NCBI GenBank assembly: GCA_045863395.1
Contig: BTVJ01000042.1
Location: 1-64,000, forward strand
Direction: 5' to 3'
DNA length: 64,000 bases
Source: Myxococcales bacterium
Lineage (GTDB): Bacteria; Myxococcota_A; UBA9042; JABWCM01; BTVJ01
The translations under genes were made by a program, and so were the position numbers. A model generated the notes under the pieces. That model saw only the letters and a list, made by a program, of their open reading frames with translations, had not been told where the DNA came from and did not search any database. Of the stretch, positions 9,468 to 18,694 are shown piece by piece (the first letter of the stretch is position 1; every line of letters begins with the position of its first letter).

Positions 9468-10487
9468 GTGTCCATTCGCGCGGGGATCGCAGGGGTCACG
9501 GGGTACACCGGGGTGGAGCTGCTCCGGTTCGTCCAGGCGCACCCCTCCCTGGACTTGACCTGGGTCGGTGCTGGCCAGTCCTCCGGGCAGCCACTGGTCG
9601 GGTCATGGCCCGCCCTTTGGGGGCTCGTGGACGCTGCCGTGGAGCCCCTGGAGGCCGGGCGCATCGCCGACGCGTGCGACGTGGTCTTCCTCGCGCTCCC
9701 CCATGGCCACGCGGCCCGCATCGCGCCGGAGCTCCTGGGCGCCGGCGTCACGGTGGTCGATCTGGGCGCCGACTTCCGGCTGCGGGATCCCGCAGTCTAC
9801 CGCGAGGCCTACGGTCTCGAGCATCCGTCGCCCGCCCTGCTGGCCGAGGCGGTCTACGGTCTCCCGGAGCTGACTCGCCCGCGCCTGGCCGGCGCCCACC
9901 TCATCGCCTGTCCTGGGTGCTACCCGACGGCGGTGACCCTCGCGGCGTTGCCCCTCGTCGAGGCGGGGCTCGCCGGAGACCTGCTCGTCGCCGACTGCCT
10001 CTCCGGCGTCTCCGGCGCGGGGCGCGCGCCGGGGCCCCGCAACGTCTACTGCGAGGTCAACGAGGCGGCGCGCCCTTACGGCATGGCCGGCACCCACCGG
10101 CACACCCCCGAGATCGAGCAGACCCTGGGGCTGGCCGTGGCCTTCACCCCGCACCTGGCCCCCATGTCCCGCGGCATGCTCGCCACGGTCCACGCCCGGC
10201 CCGGACGGCCCGTGTCGACTGGCGAGGCCCGCGCCCTCTTTGCGGCGCGGTATGCCGATGAGCCCCTGGTGGTGCTGTGCGACGAGCCGCCCTCGACCGC
10301 TGACGTCCGCGGCTGCAACCGCGCGCACATCTACGTGGTCGCGGATGAGAGACGGGGTGTGGTGACCGCGGTCTCTGCCATCGACAACCTGGTGAAGGGC
10401 GCGGCGGGGCAGGCCGTGCAGGCCATGAACGTGGCGCTTGGGTTGCCAGAACTCGACGGGATTCCTCTGTTTCCCCTCCTTCCCTGA
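9468..10487 (+). CDS. argC: N-acetyl-gamma-glutamyl-phosphate reductase
   Basis: GVTGYTG, FLALPHG, DLGADFRL, PGCYPT, SGVSGAG and DNLVKGAAGQAVQ; GTG start after a ggagg RBS. Confidence 0.95.
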   Translation: MSIRAGIAGVTGYTGVELLRFVQAHPSLDLTWVGAGQSSGQPLVGSWPALWGLVDAAVEPLEAGRIADACDVVFLALPHGHAARIAPELLGAGVTVVDLGADFRLRDPAVYREAYGLEHPSPALLAEAVYGLPELTRPRLAGAHLIACPGCYPTAVTLAALPLVEAGLAGDLLVADCLSGVSGAGRAPGPRNVYCEVNEAARPYGMAGTHRHTPEIEQTLGLAVAFTPHLAPMSRGMLATVHARPGRPVSTGEARALFAARYADEPLVVLCDEPPSTADVRGCNRAHIYVVADERRGVVTAVSAIDNLVKGAAGQAVQAMNVALGLPELDGIPLFPLLP

Positions 10488-10490
10488 GAC

Positions 10491-11723
10491 ATGGGAGCCT
10501 CTGCATCCATGAAGCACTCTCCACTCACTGCTCCCTCGCTCCCTCGCTGTTTCTCGCTCCCGGAGACCCCGGGTGGAACCTTCACGGACATCGCGGGCAC
10601 GCAGGCGGGCGTCGCCCAGGGCGCCATCAAGCGGGCGGGCCGCGATGACGTGGTCGTGCTGGTCGCCCCCGGGAGCGCCGCGGCCGTGACCACGCGGTCG
10701 ACGGCCGCGGCCGCCCCGTGCCTGTGGACGCGGGCGCTGGTGCCCGGGCGCGCTCACGCGGTCGTCGTCAACGCGGGCAACGCCAACGCATCGACCGGAG
10801 TCCAGGGGGAGCGGGACGTCCGGGTCACGGCAGCAGCGGCTGCCCAGGCGCTCGGGTGCGCCGCGTCGGAGGTGCTCATCTGCTCCACCGGGGTCATCGG
10901 CGTCCCCATGCCCATGGACAGGCTGGTCACGGCGGTCGTGGCGGCGGCCCAGGACCTGGGTCCCCACGGCCACCGGGCGGCGCGGGCCATCCTGACCACC
11001 GACCTGGTCCCGAAGGAGGCGCTGGTCCAGGTCGGCGACGTGCGGGTCGCCGGCATCGCCAAGGGCAGCGGCATGATCCACCCGGACATGGCGACCATGC
11101 TCGCCTTCCTGGCCACGGACGCCGCCGTGGAGCCGGCGCTGCTCCAGGAGGTGCTCGCCGCGGCCGTCCGGCGCACCTTCAACGCGGTCACGGTGGACGG
11201 GGACATGTCCACCAACGACACGGTGACGCTCCACGCCACCGGCCGCGGGGTCGAGGTGCGCCGCGGTGACCCTGCCGAGGGCGCGCTGCGGGACGCCGTC
11301 GAGTCTGTCTGCCTGCGCCTCGCGCGCGCCATCGCCCGAGACGGGGAGGGCGCCGACCACCTGCTCGAGGTGCTGGTGGAGGGGACGGCGGACGAGGCGA
11401 CGGCCATGGCGGCCGCGCGCGCCGTGGCCCGGTCTCCGCTCGTCAAGACGGCCATCCACGGGCGGGATCCCAACTGGGGCCGCATCGTCGGCGCCCTCGG
11501 GGCGGCGGGTGTCCCCCTCGGGGGGCTCGATCTGGACCTGGCGGGTGTGCCGGTGCTGCGCGACGGGGCGCCGCTGCCCTTCGACGAGGCGGGCGCGTCG
11601 GCTGCGCTGGAGGCCCCGGACGTGCAGATCCACGCGCGGCTGCCCGGCCCCGGGCTCGGCTGGGCGTGGGGCTGCGACCTGAGCGAGCGCTACGTCCACA
11701 TCAACGCCGACTACCGGAGCTGA
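10491..11723 (+). CDS. argJ: Ornithine acetyltransferase / N-acetylglutamate synthase
   Basis: NAGNANA, STGVIG, KGSGMIHPDMATML, DGDMSTND, DGEGA, DPNWGRI and YVHINADYRS. Confidence 0.95.
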   Translation: MGASASMKHSPLTAPSLPRCFSLPETPGGTFTDIAGTQAGVAQGAIKRAGRDDVVVLVAPGSAAAVTTRSTAAAAPCLWTRALVPGRAHAVVVNAGNANASTGVQGERDVRVTAAAAAQALGCAASEVLICSTGVIGVPMPMDRLVTAVVAAAQDLGPHGHRAARAILTTDLVPKEALVQVGDVRVAGIAKGSGMIHPDMATMLAFLATDAAVEPALLQEVLAAAVRRTFNAVTVDGDMSTNDTVTLHATGRGVEVRRGDPAEGALRDAVESVCLRLARAIARDGEGADHLLEVLVEGTADEATAMAAARAVARSPLVKTAIHGRDPNWGRIVGALGAAGVPLGGLDLDLAGVPVLRDGAPLPFDEAGASAALEAPDVQIHARLPGPGLGWAWGCDLSERYVHINADYRS

Positions 11724-11815
11724 CGTCGGGGTGCCCTGGTGACGGCCACCCGCGAACCCTTCTGCGCAGGGGGTGGCTCCCTGCGCGCTGTTCGACACCC
11801 CGAGGAGGAGCCCAC

Positions 11816-12721
11816 ATGCCGAGCGCCGTGGCCAGAGCGTTGGTGGAGGCGCTGCCCTACGTGCAGCGCTGGGCAGGGGCGACCGTGGTCGTCAAGTACG
11901 GGGGCGCGGCCCAGACCAGCGCGGCGCTTGCGGACGCCTTCGTGCAGGACGTCGTGCTGCTGCGCGCGGTCGGCGTCGAGGTGGTCATCGTCCACGGGGG
12001 CGGCCCGGCGGTCTCGGCCATGGGGGAGCGGCTGGGGCTGGCGACGCGCTTCGTGGACGGGCTGCGGGTCACCGACGACGAGACCATGCGCGTCGCCCAG
12101 CTCGTCCAGGTGGGCGGCATCAATCGGGACATCCTCGCAGCCATCGGCCGCCGAGGGGGCAAGGCAGTCGGCGTGAGCGGCCACGACAGCGGCGGCTGGC
12201 TGCGCGCTCGGGTCCGGCGCCACACGTCGCGCGACACCGGCGAGGCGGTGGACCTCGGGCGCGTCGGGGACATCGTGGACGTGGACCCGACCCTGCTGCG
12301 GAGCCTGTCCCGCCTGGGGCAGATCCCGGTCATCGCGCCTGTGGCCGTCGACGCCGCCATGGAGCCCCTCAACGTCAACGCCGACAGCGTGGCCACCGCC
12401 GTCGCCGGGGCGCTCGGGGCCCGCAAGCTCCTGTTCCTGACCGACGTGGACGGCATCCGCGGTCCTGGCGGCGCCGTGGTCCCGGAGGTGAGCGCCTCGG
12501 AGCTGCGAGCCTGGATCGCTGCCGGCGTGGTGTCCGGCGGCATGATCCCCAAGGCCGAGGCCTGCCTGGCGGCGGTGGACGCCGGGGTCGAGCGCGTGAC
12601 CATCGTCGATGGGCGGGTGGAGCACGCGGCCCTCATCGAGCTCCTGACGGACGCGGGCGTCGGGACCATGGTGGTCCGGGATGAAGCGGCCGGGGCGGCG
12701 CAAGCTCCGCCAGGGGAATGA
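11816..12721 (+). CDS. argB: Acetylglutamate kinase
   Basis: VVVKYGG, VHGGGP, GLRVTD, NVNAD, LTDVDG and GGMIPK; gaggag RBS. Confidence 0.95.
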   Translation: MPSAVARALVEALPYVQRWAGATVVVKYGGAAQTSAALADAFVQDVVLLRAVGVEVVIVHGGGPAVSAMGERLGLATRFVDGLRVTDDETMRVAQLVQVGGINRDILAAIGRRGGKAVGVSGHDSGGWLRARVRRHTSRDTGEAVDLGRVGDIVDVDPTLLRSLSRLGQIPVIAPVAVDAAMEPLNVNADSVATAVAGALGARKLLFLTDVDGIRGPGGAVVPEVSASELRAWIAAGVVSGGMIPKAEACLAAVDAGVERVTIVDGRVEHAALIELLTDAGVGTMVVRDEAAGAAQAPPGE

Positions 12722-12722
12722 G

Positions 12723-13655
12723 ATGTCACCGGACGACCGCAGCACCGCGCTGGAGGAGGCATGGGAGAGCTGGCTCCGGCCAGTCCTCCTGATCCTGGCC
12801 CTCCTCGCGCTGGCCGGAGCCCACCTCCTCGGCTGGCTGGCCCCGCTGACCACGGCCACCATCGTGGCGGTGGCGTTCGTGCTCGTCGCGCTGGTGTGGA
12901 ACACCGCCCACTCGGTCGCCCTGGCCCGGGGGCGTGGTCTGCGGGCGGGCCTCCTGGCCCTGGGCCTCGCGGCCACCGCCCTCGGCGTGTCCGAGCTCTG
13001 GATGGCCCTGTCTCCCGGGTCCCCCGACGCCAGCGCAGTGTTCGACGAGCCGGGCGACACCCTGACCCTCGCGGCGGTGCCTGGTGGCCGCCTGATCGTC
13101 GAGGCGGCGCCCCTCCCCGGGGTGGAGAGCGACGGCCGGCAGGTAGCCTTCACCCTGTCCCTGCGGGGCAGCGCCGGCCACCAGGCCAAGAGCGCACACC
13201 TCCGGCTTGGCAGCGATCAGCCGGCGGGGCCCCGCTCCCGAGGAGGTGGCGCGCGGGAGTTCATGGCCACGTCCTTCGTCCTCGCCCCCCTCGGGAAGGA
13301 CGTCACGGTGAGCCTCGCCTCCATGGAGCCGCCCCGCGTCGTGAGCCTCGCGGTCCATGTCTACGCCCACCCGGTCCCCATCCTCCTGGTCGCGGGCCTC
13401 CTGGTCGCCATCGCCTTGGGGGTGGCCGCGCTGGAGTCGCGGCTGCCGTCCAGGCGGGGGACCTTCCTGACCATCGGAGTGGCGACCGCCGCGACCTTCG
13501 GCTTCGTGGCCCAGGCCGGCATCGCCCCCTCCAACGCACTGATGTCGCTCCTGGGACGGCTGCTGCTCTCCGGGGTCGTCGGCGGCGTCGCCGGCTCCAT
13601 CCTGCCGTGGCTCCTGCGCAAGCTCGCGCGACCTCCGGCCTCCGCGCCTGTATAG
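12723..13655 (+). CDS. Hypothetical polytopic membrane protein
   Basis: Three N-terminal and about three C-terminal hydrophobic helices around a soluble domain; fills the gap between argB and the HAD gene. Confidence 0.6.
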   Translation: MSPDDRSTALEEAWESWLRPVLLILALLALAGAHLLGWLAPLTTATIVAVAFVLVALVWNTAHSVALARGRGLRAGLLALGLAATALGVSELWMALSPGSPDASAVFDEPGDTLTLAAVPGGRLIVEAAPLPGVESDGRQVAFTLSLRGSAGHQAKSAHLRLGSDQPAGPRSRGGGAREFMATSFVLAPLGKDVTVSLASMEPPRVVSLAVHVYAHPVPILLVAGLLVAIALGVAALESRLPSRRGTFLTIGVATAATFGFVAQAGIAPSNALMSLLGRLLLSGVVGGVAGSILPWLLRKLARPPASAPV

Positions 13656-13662
13656 TGACACC

Positions 13663-14385
13663 ATGCCCTGGGCCCGCACCCTCTCCGCGCTGCTCGTCGA
13701 CTGCGGAAACACGCTCATTCGCCCGAGAGGGGGCGTGGGAGGGCGATATGCGGCGGTCGCGGCGCGCCACGGCCTGCACGCGCCCGAGGACGGTGTGGCT
13801 GCCCGGTTTCACGACGTGTTCGGCCACGCGCGGACTCACGCCCGATCAACTGGCCGCCTTGCCTACGGCACCACCGAGCGTGACGCCCACGCCTTCTGGC
13901 GCCGCGTCGTCCACGCGACCTTCGAGCCGTGGTGCGACCGGGAGGGGCTGCGGGAGGTCGTGTTCACCGAGCTGTATGACCACTTCGCCGACGCGGACGC
14001 CTGGGAGATCTTCGACGACTCCCTCCCGCTCATCGACGCAGCTCGGGCAGCGGGCGTCGCCGTCGCCATCGTCAGCAACTGGGACGCGCGCCTCCCCGAG
14101 CTCGTCGCGTCGCTCGGCCTCGACAAGCGTGTGGACGCGGTCGTGGCCAGCTACGAGGTCGGCGCGGAGAAGCCGGACCCGCGCATCTTCTCCGCCGCCC
14201 TCGCCCGGCTCGGGTCCCCGCCCCCGGCTCGCGTGCTCCACGTAGGAGACAGCCTCTCCGAGGACTACGCCGGAGCCCGCGCTGCCGGGCTGCGGGCGCT
14301 CCACCTCGACCGGGCTGCCCACCACGCGGACTGCGGCGACCGGATTCGCTCCCTCGCGGAGATCCCCGCGTGGCTTGCCCCCTGA
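13663..14385 (+). CDS. HAD-superfamily hydrolase (subfamily IA)
   Basis: LVDCGNTL (motif I), SNWD (II), KPDPRIF (III), HVGDS...D (IV). Confidence 0.85.
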   Translation: MPWARTLSALLVDCGNTLIRPRGGVGGRYAAVAARHGLHAPEDGVAARFHDVFGHARTHARSTGRLAYGTTERDAHAFWRRVVHATFEPWCDREGLREVVFTELYDHFADADAWEIFDDSLPLIDAARAAGVAVAIVSNWDARLPELVASLGLDKRVDAVVASYEVGAEKPDPRIFSAALARLGSPPPARVLHVGDSLSEDYAGARAAGLRALHLDRAAHHADCGDRIRSLAEIPAWLAP

Positions 14386-14554
14386 GCGCCGGATTCCTGG
14401 CCGCGCCTCGCGGGGCCCTGGCGGGATTTCGACTGGCGAGTCGGTGACTTCGGTTGCTTGACCCCCGCGGAAGCTCATTGACTGGGGCGTCGGACTCGCG
14501 CTAGGTTCCGCGTCCTGATTTCCCGGTGGATGGACCTCGGGGCATGGACAACCC

Positions 14555-15571
14555 GTGCGAGACGCCAAGTTGAGAACGCTGATCCTGGGTGCCGGAGGGT
14601 TCCTCGGCATCAACCTCGTCGATGCGCTCCTGAGCGAGGGCGTCGTCCCGGCCTGTGGGCGCCGCCGGCGCTCCAACGTGCTCGCGCTGCGCAGCCGCAA
14701 GGTCCCTCTGGTGCTCGCCGACCTGGACGCGCCGGAGACCCTCGACGAGGCGATGCGCGACGTGGACGTCGTGTTCCACCTGGCGGGGCACTACCCGAGG
14801 TACTCCACGAGCCCGGCGGCCGCCATGGAGCTCGGCCTGCGCCAGACGCGCGCCGTCCTCGACGCGGCGGCGCGGGCGGGCGTCCGGCGCCTGATCTACG
14901 CATCCACCACGGCGACCGTGGCCCCCGCGCCTTCGGGCCCGTCCGACGAGTCGCACGTATTCCCTGCCGTTCCGCGCCTCGGCACCTACCACGACCTCAA
15001 GTGGGCGATGGAGGACCTGTGCCTGCGTGAGGACCGCCTGGATGTGCGTGTCGCCTGCCCGAGCGGCTGCCTCGGCCCATACGACCTGCGGGTCGGGACG
15101 ACGGCCTTGCTCGTGGCGCTGGCGTGTGGCAAGAACCCTCCCCACCCCGATGGGATCACGAACCTCGTGGACGTGCGCGACGTGGCGACGGGCCTGGTCC
15201 GCATGGCCCGACAGGACGATGCGCCTCGCCGCGTGATCCTGTCTGCGCTCAGCGCGCCGCTCCACGGGCTCCTGTGCGAGCTGGCTGCGCGCTACCGTGT
15301 GCCGCAGCCGTCCCCGCCCTTGCGGGCGGAGGTTGCGCAGCAGCTCGCCCTCGACGAGGAGCGGCGGGCGGAGCGGGACGGCGGCCGGCCGGCCCTGTCC
15401 CGCGAGATCGCCGACCTGGTCGTCTACGGCGTCCCCCTGGACACGCGCCTCGCCGAGCAGGCGCTCGGCATGCGCTGGACGCCGCTGTCCCAGACCCTCG
15501 ACGCGCTGGACGGGTGGGCGCGCCGCATGGGCTTCATCCCAGACATCACACCCTCGGAGACCCCAGCATGA
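14555..15571 (+). CDS. NAD-dependent epimerase/dehydratase (extended SDR)
   Basis: GAGGFLG Rossmann motif, VFHLAG, YASTT and YHDLK (YxxxK). Confidence 0.85.
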   Translation: MRDAKLRTLILGAGGFLGINLVDALLSEGVVPACGRRRRSNVLALRSRKVPLVLADLDAPETLDEAMRDVDVVFHLAGHYPRYSTSPAAAMELGLRQTRAVLDAAARAGVRRLIYASTTATVAPAPSGPSDESHVFPAVPRLGTYHDLKWAMEDLCLREDRLDVRVACPSGCLGPYDLRVGTTALLVALACGKNPPHPDGITNLVDVRDVATGLVRMARQDDAPRRVILSALSAPLHGLLCELAARYRVPQPSPPLRAEVAQQLALDEERRAERDGGRPALSREIADLVVYGVPLDTRLAEQALGMRWTPLSQTLDALDGWARRMGFIPDITPSETPA

Positions 15572-15825
15572 CCAGCACCACCTCCGCCCTCGACGAGCGT
15601 GTCCTCCGCATCGTGTCGGAGCTGACCGCCGTCCCCCTCGCGGAGATCCGCCCCGAGCACGAGCTCCGCGCCGACCTCGGTATGGACTCGGTGAGCTCCA
15701 TGGAGCTCCTCTCCATGTTCGCCGAGGAGCTCGACGTGGACGTCGAGCTCGAGGAGGCGATCCAGGTCCGCACCGTGGCCGCCCTCCTGGAGATGGCGCG
15801 CCAGAAGGCCAAGAATGTCCATTAG
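15568..15825 (+). CDS. Acyl carrier protein
   Basis: 85-aa acidic protein with the DLGMDSVSSMEL phosphopantetheine site; ATGA overlap with the SDR stop. It is the C-terminal part of track ORF 15124..15825. Confidence 0.9.
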   Translation: MTSTTSALDERVLRIVSELTAVPLAEIRPEHELRADLGMDSVSSMELLSMFAEELDVDVELEEAIQVRTVAALLEMARQKAKNVH

Positions 15826-17353
15826 CCCCAACGTCCCCTCGCTGGCGCTGACGGGGCGCGACCCGGACGAGAGCGCGATTGTCGGCCCCCTGTGCCGCAC
15901 CATCGACGTCTTCGCTCGCGACCTCATCGACTCGGGCAGGATCGACCGCGAGCACGCCATCCCGCCCCACGTGCTGGACGGCGCCCGCTCGCTCGGGCTC
16001 TTCGGGCTGCCCATCCCCGAGGAGTACGGTGGCGCTGGGCTCAGCCTCCAAGGGGTCTGCACGGCCATCGCGGCGCTGGCCCGGCACGACCGCTCCGTCG
16101 CGACCACCGTGGGCCTGCACACGGGCCTCGGCACGCGGGGCCTGGTCGCCTTCGGGTCCTCGGAGCTCCAGTCCCAGTGGCTCCCCGTCCTGGCGTCCGG
16201 CGAGCGCATCGCGGCCTTCGCTACCACGGAGGCCATGGCGGGCAGCGATCTGTCCGCAATTCGCACCAAGGCGGTCTCCGATGGGGACGACCTGCGGGTG
16301 GACGGCGGCAAGGTCTACGTGACCAACGGGAACCTCGCGGGCCTTTACACGATCACGGCCAGCACCCCGGGGCTGGGCGGGGCGCGGCGGGGTCACTCGC
16401 TCCTGCTGCTGGAGGCCGGGCAGCCCGGCCTGACGGTGGGTCCCGAGGAGAGCAAGCTGGGCTTGAGGGGGTCGTCCACGACCCCGCTCTTCCTCGAGGA
16501 TGTCCGCCTGCCGCACGCCCGGGTCATCGGCGAGGTGGGCCAGGGCATGGCCCACCTGCAGCACGTGCTGGCGTGGGGACGGACGGTGATGGCGTCGGGG
16601 TGCACGGGGGCGTCCACTGCGGCGCTCCAGGCGACGCTGCGCCACGTGACGACCCGCAAGCAGTTCGGCCGGGCCATCGGCTCCTTCGACGTGGTGCGGC
16701 GCCAGGTCGCCGACATGGCAGCGCTGCACTTCATGGCCGTCGCGCTCGTGCGCCACACCTGCGCCGTCGCCGAGGAGCCGGAGGAGCTGCTGATGCGGTC
16801 GCTCGCGGCCAAGGTGATCTGCAGCGACGCCAACTGGGAGATCTGCGACACGGCGGTGCAGCTCCACGGCGGCGCCGGCTTCATCGAGGACACGGGGCTG
16901 CCGCTCCTGCTCCGCGACTCGCGCATCATGCGCATCTTCGAGGGCGCCAACGACGTGCTGACCGTGCACGCGGGCTCCGTCGAGATGAAGGCCCACCGCC
17001 AGCGCCGCTCCTTCGAGGGGCGCGTGGGCGGGCTGGCCGAGCCCCTTGCCCTGCGCGCCGACCGGCTCGACCACATGCTCGCCGCGCTGCGCGACGAGCT
17101 GCTGGCGGAGCACGGCGTGCGCCTGTTCGGAATGCAGACCCTGCTCCACCGCCTCGGGCGCCTCGCGGTGCTCTGCGAGGCGTCCGACGCGGCCGTGCTC
17201 CGCGCGGAGGCGGAGGGGGACGCGCGCTCGGCGGCGCTCGCCGCACACTGGCTTCACATGGCGGAGGAGCGCATGGGCCCTGCGCTGCGTCCAGGACCAT
17301 CGACGGCCCATGTCTCCGCGTTGACCGCGGAGCTGTACGAGGAGGTACAGTAG
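15815..17353 (+). CDS. Acyl-CoA (possibly acyl-ACP) dehydrogenase with VLCAD/ACAD9-like C-terminal extension
   Basis: FATTEAMAGSD, GGKVYVTNG, KLGLRGS, RKQFG, QLHGGAG and RIFEGAN. Confidence 0.9.
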   Translation: MSISPNVPSLALTGRDPDESAIVGPLCRTIDVFARDLIDSGRIDREHAIPPHVLDGARSLGLFGLPIPEEYGGAGLSLQGVCTAIAALARHDRSVATTVGLHTGLGTRGLVAFGSSELQSQWLPVLASGERIAAFATTEAMAGSDLSAIRTKAVSDGDDLRVDGGKVYVTNGNLAGLYTITASTPGLGGARRGHSLLLLEAGQPGLTVGPEESKLGLRGSSTTPLFLEDVRLPHARVIGEVGQGMAHLQHVLAWGRTVMASGCTGASTAALQATLRHVTTRKQFGRAIGSFDVVRRQVADMAALHFMAVALVRHTCAVAEEPEELLMRSLAAKVICSDANWEICDTAVQLHGGAGFIEDTGLPLLLRDSRIMRIFEGANDVLTVHAGSVEMKAHRQRRSFEGRVGGLAEPLALRADRLDHMLAALRDELLAEHGVRLFGMQTLLHRLGRLAVLCEASDAAVLRAEAEGDARSAALAAHWLHMAEERMGPALRPGPSTAHVSALTAELYEEVQ

Positions 17354-18649
17354 ATGAAGGTTCTCTTCGTATATCCGCGGTTCCAGCGGCACGCGGACTC
17401 CCACCCGGAGCTGCGTGCGGCGGTCCCGATGAACGAGTATCTCGGCTCGCCCTCGCTGGGCATGGCGGCGTTGGCCGCCATCACGCCCGACTGGGTGGAG
17501 CTGGAGTACCGAGACGACCGGCTGAGCGCGGCGGACATCCCGACGGACGCGGATCTGGTCGCGCTGTCCTTCTTCACGCCCGCCGCCACCCGCGGCATCG
17601 AGCTGGCGAAGTACTTCAAGGACCAGGGCAAGCTCGTCGTCGCCGGCGGAATCTTCCCGACCATGATGCCCGACGAGATCCAGCCCTACGTGGACGCGGT
17701 CGCCATCGGGGAGGGGGAGCTCCACTGGCACCAGATCCTGGCGGACGCGCGGAAAGGCAAGCTCCAGCCGCGGTATCGCTCGTGCGAGTCGCTGGATCTC
17801 TCCACCCTGCCGCTGCCGAAGCTCAGCATGTACTTCGAGCGGGAGGACGACGACTTCGCCCCCGACGACTACCCGGTGCAGTTGAGCCGCGGCTGCCCGC
17901 TGTCCTGCGAGGCGTGCGTGCTGCCCGTGTCCATGACGCGGAGCATGCGGGCGTTCAGCCTCGAGCACGTCATGGGGCAGCTCGACCAGCTCGCGGCGGC
18001 GGGCAAGCGGGCCAGCCTGACGGAGGACACGAGCTGGATGCCGGGCGTCGCGGCGCGCCGCACCCTGAGCGCGATCTTCGACCGCTTCATCGAGGAGGGC
18101 AGGACGGCGCAGATCACCTACGCGGGCATCTCGCCACCCCAGCTCCTGGCGGCGAGCGAGGACCTGCTCGTGCGCGGGCGCAAGGCGGGCATCGGCATGT
18201 TCTACCTGGTGACGGGCTTCGACCCGATCACCAAGCGGGCGTTCGCCGGCACCGACCCGAAGGCGCTGCGGCGCTGCGAGGAGTCCATCCAGCGATGCCA
18301 CGACCTCGGCATCGAGCCCTACACGGGCTTCGTCATCGGCAACGACCAGGACGACCTGGGCACGGTGGACCGCATGCTGGAGTTTGCCGAGCGGACGAAG
18401 ATCCGCAAGGCCGAGTTCTCCATCTTCACGCCGTACCCGGGCACCCCGTCCTTCCTGAAGTTCCAGGCGGAGGGGCGCATCATCGACCGCACCTGGGGCC
18501 ACTACAACGACTGCCACGTCGTGTTCCGCCCCGCGCAGATGACCCCGGATCAGCTCCTGGACTGCTACCTGAGCCTCTGGCGCGAGTTCTACGCGGACAA
18601 GTTCCACCTGGCCGATCTGCCGCAGCTCGAGCGCACCATCCAGTTCTGA
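17354..18649 (+). CDS. Cobalamin-binding-domain radical SAM enzyme
   Basis: N-terminal B12-binding-like domain (PSLGMAALAA...VAGGIFPT...IGEGE), SRGCPLSCEAC (CxxxCxxC) and FTPYPGTP. Confidence 0.88.
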   Translation: MKVLFVYPRFQRHADSHPELRAAVPMNEYLGSPSLGMAALAAITPDWVELEYRDDRLSAADIPTDADLVALSFFTPAATRGIELAKYFKDQGKLVVAGGIFPTMMPDEIQPYVDAVAIGEGELHWHQILADARKGKLQPRYRSCESLDLSTLPLPKLSMYFEREDDDFAPDDYPVQLSRGCPLSCEACVLPVSMTRSMRAFSLEHVMGQLDQLAAAGKRASLTEDTSWMPGVAARRTLSAIFDRFIEEGRTAQITYAGISPPQLLAASEDLLVRGRKAGIGMFYLVTGFDPITKRAFAGTDPKALRRCEESIQRCHDLGIEPYTGFVIGNDQDDLGTVDRMLEFAERTKIRKAEFSIFTPYPGTPSFLKFQAEGRIIDRTWGHYNDCHVVFRPAQMTPDQLLDCYLSLWREFYADKFHLADLPQLERTIQF

Positions 18650-18694
18650 TTCGGCGTCGCCGAGAGGGGGCGGGCGGCGCGGAGCCAGGGAACG

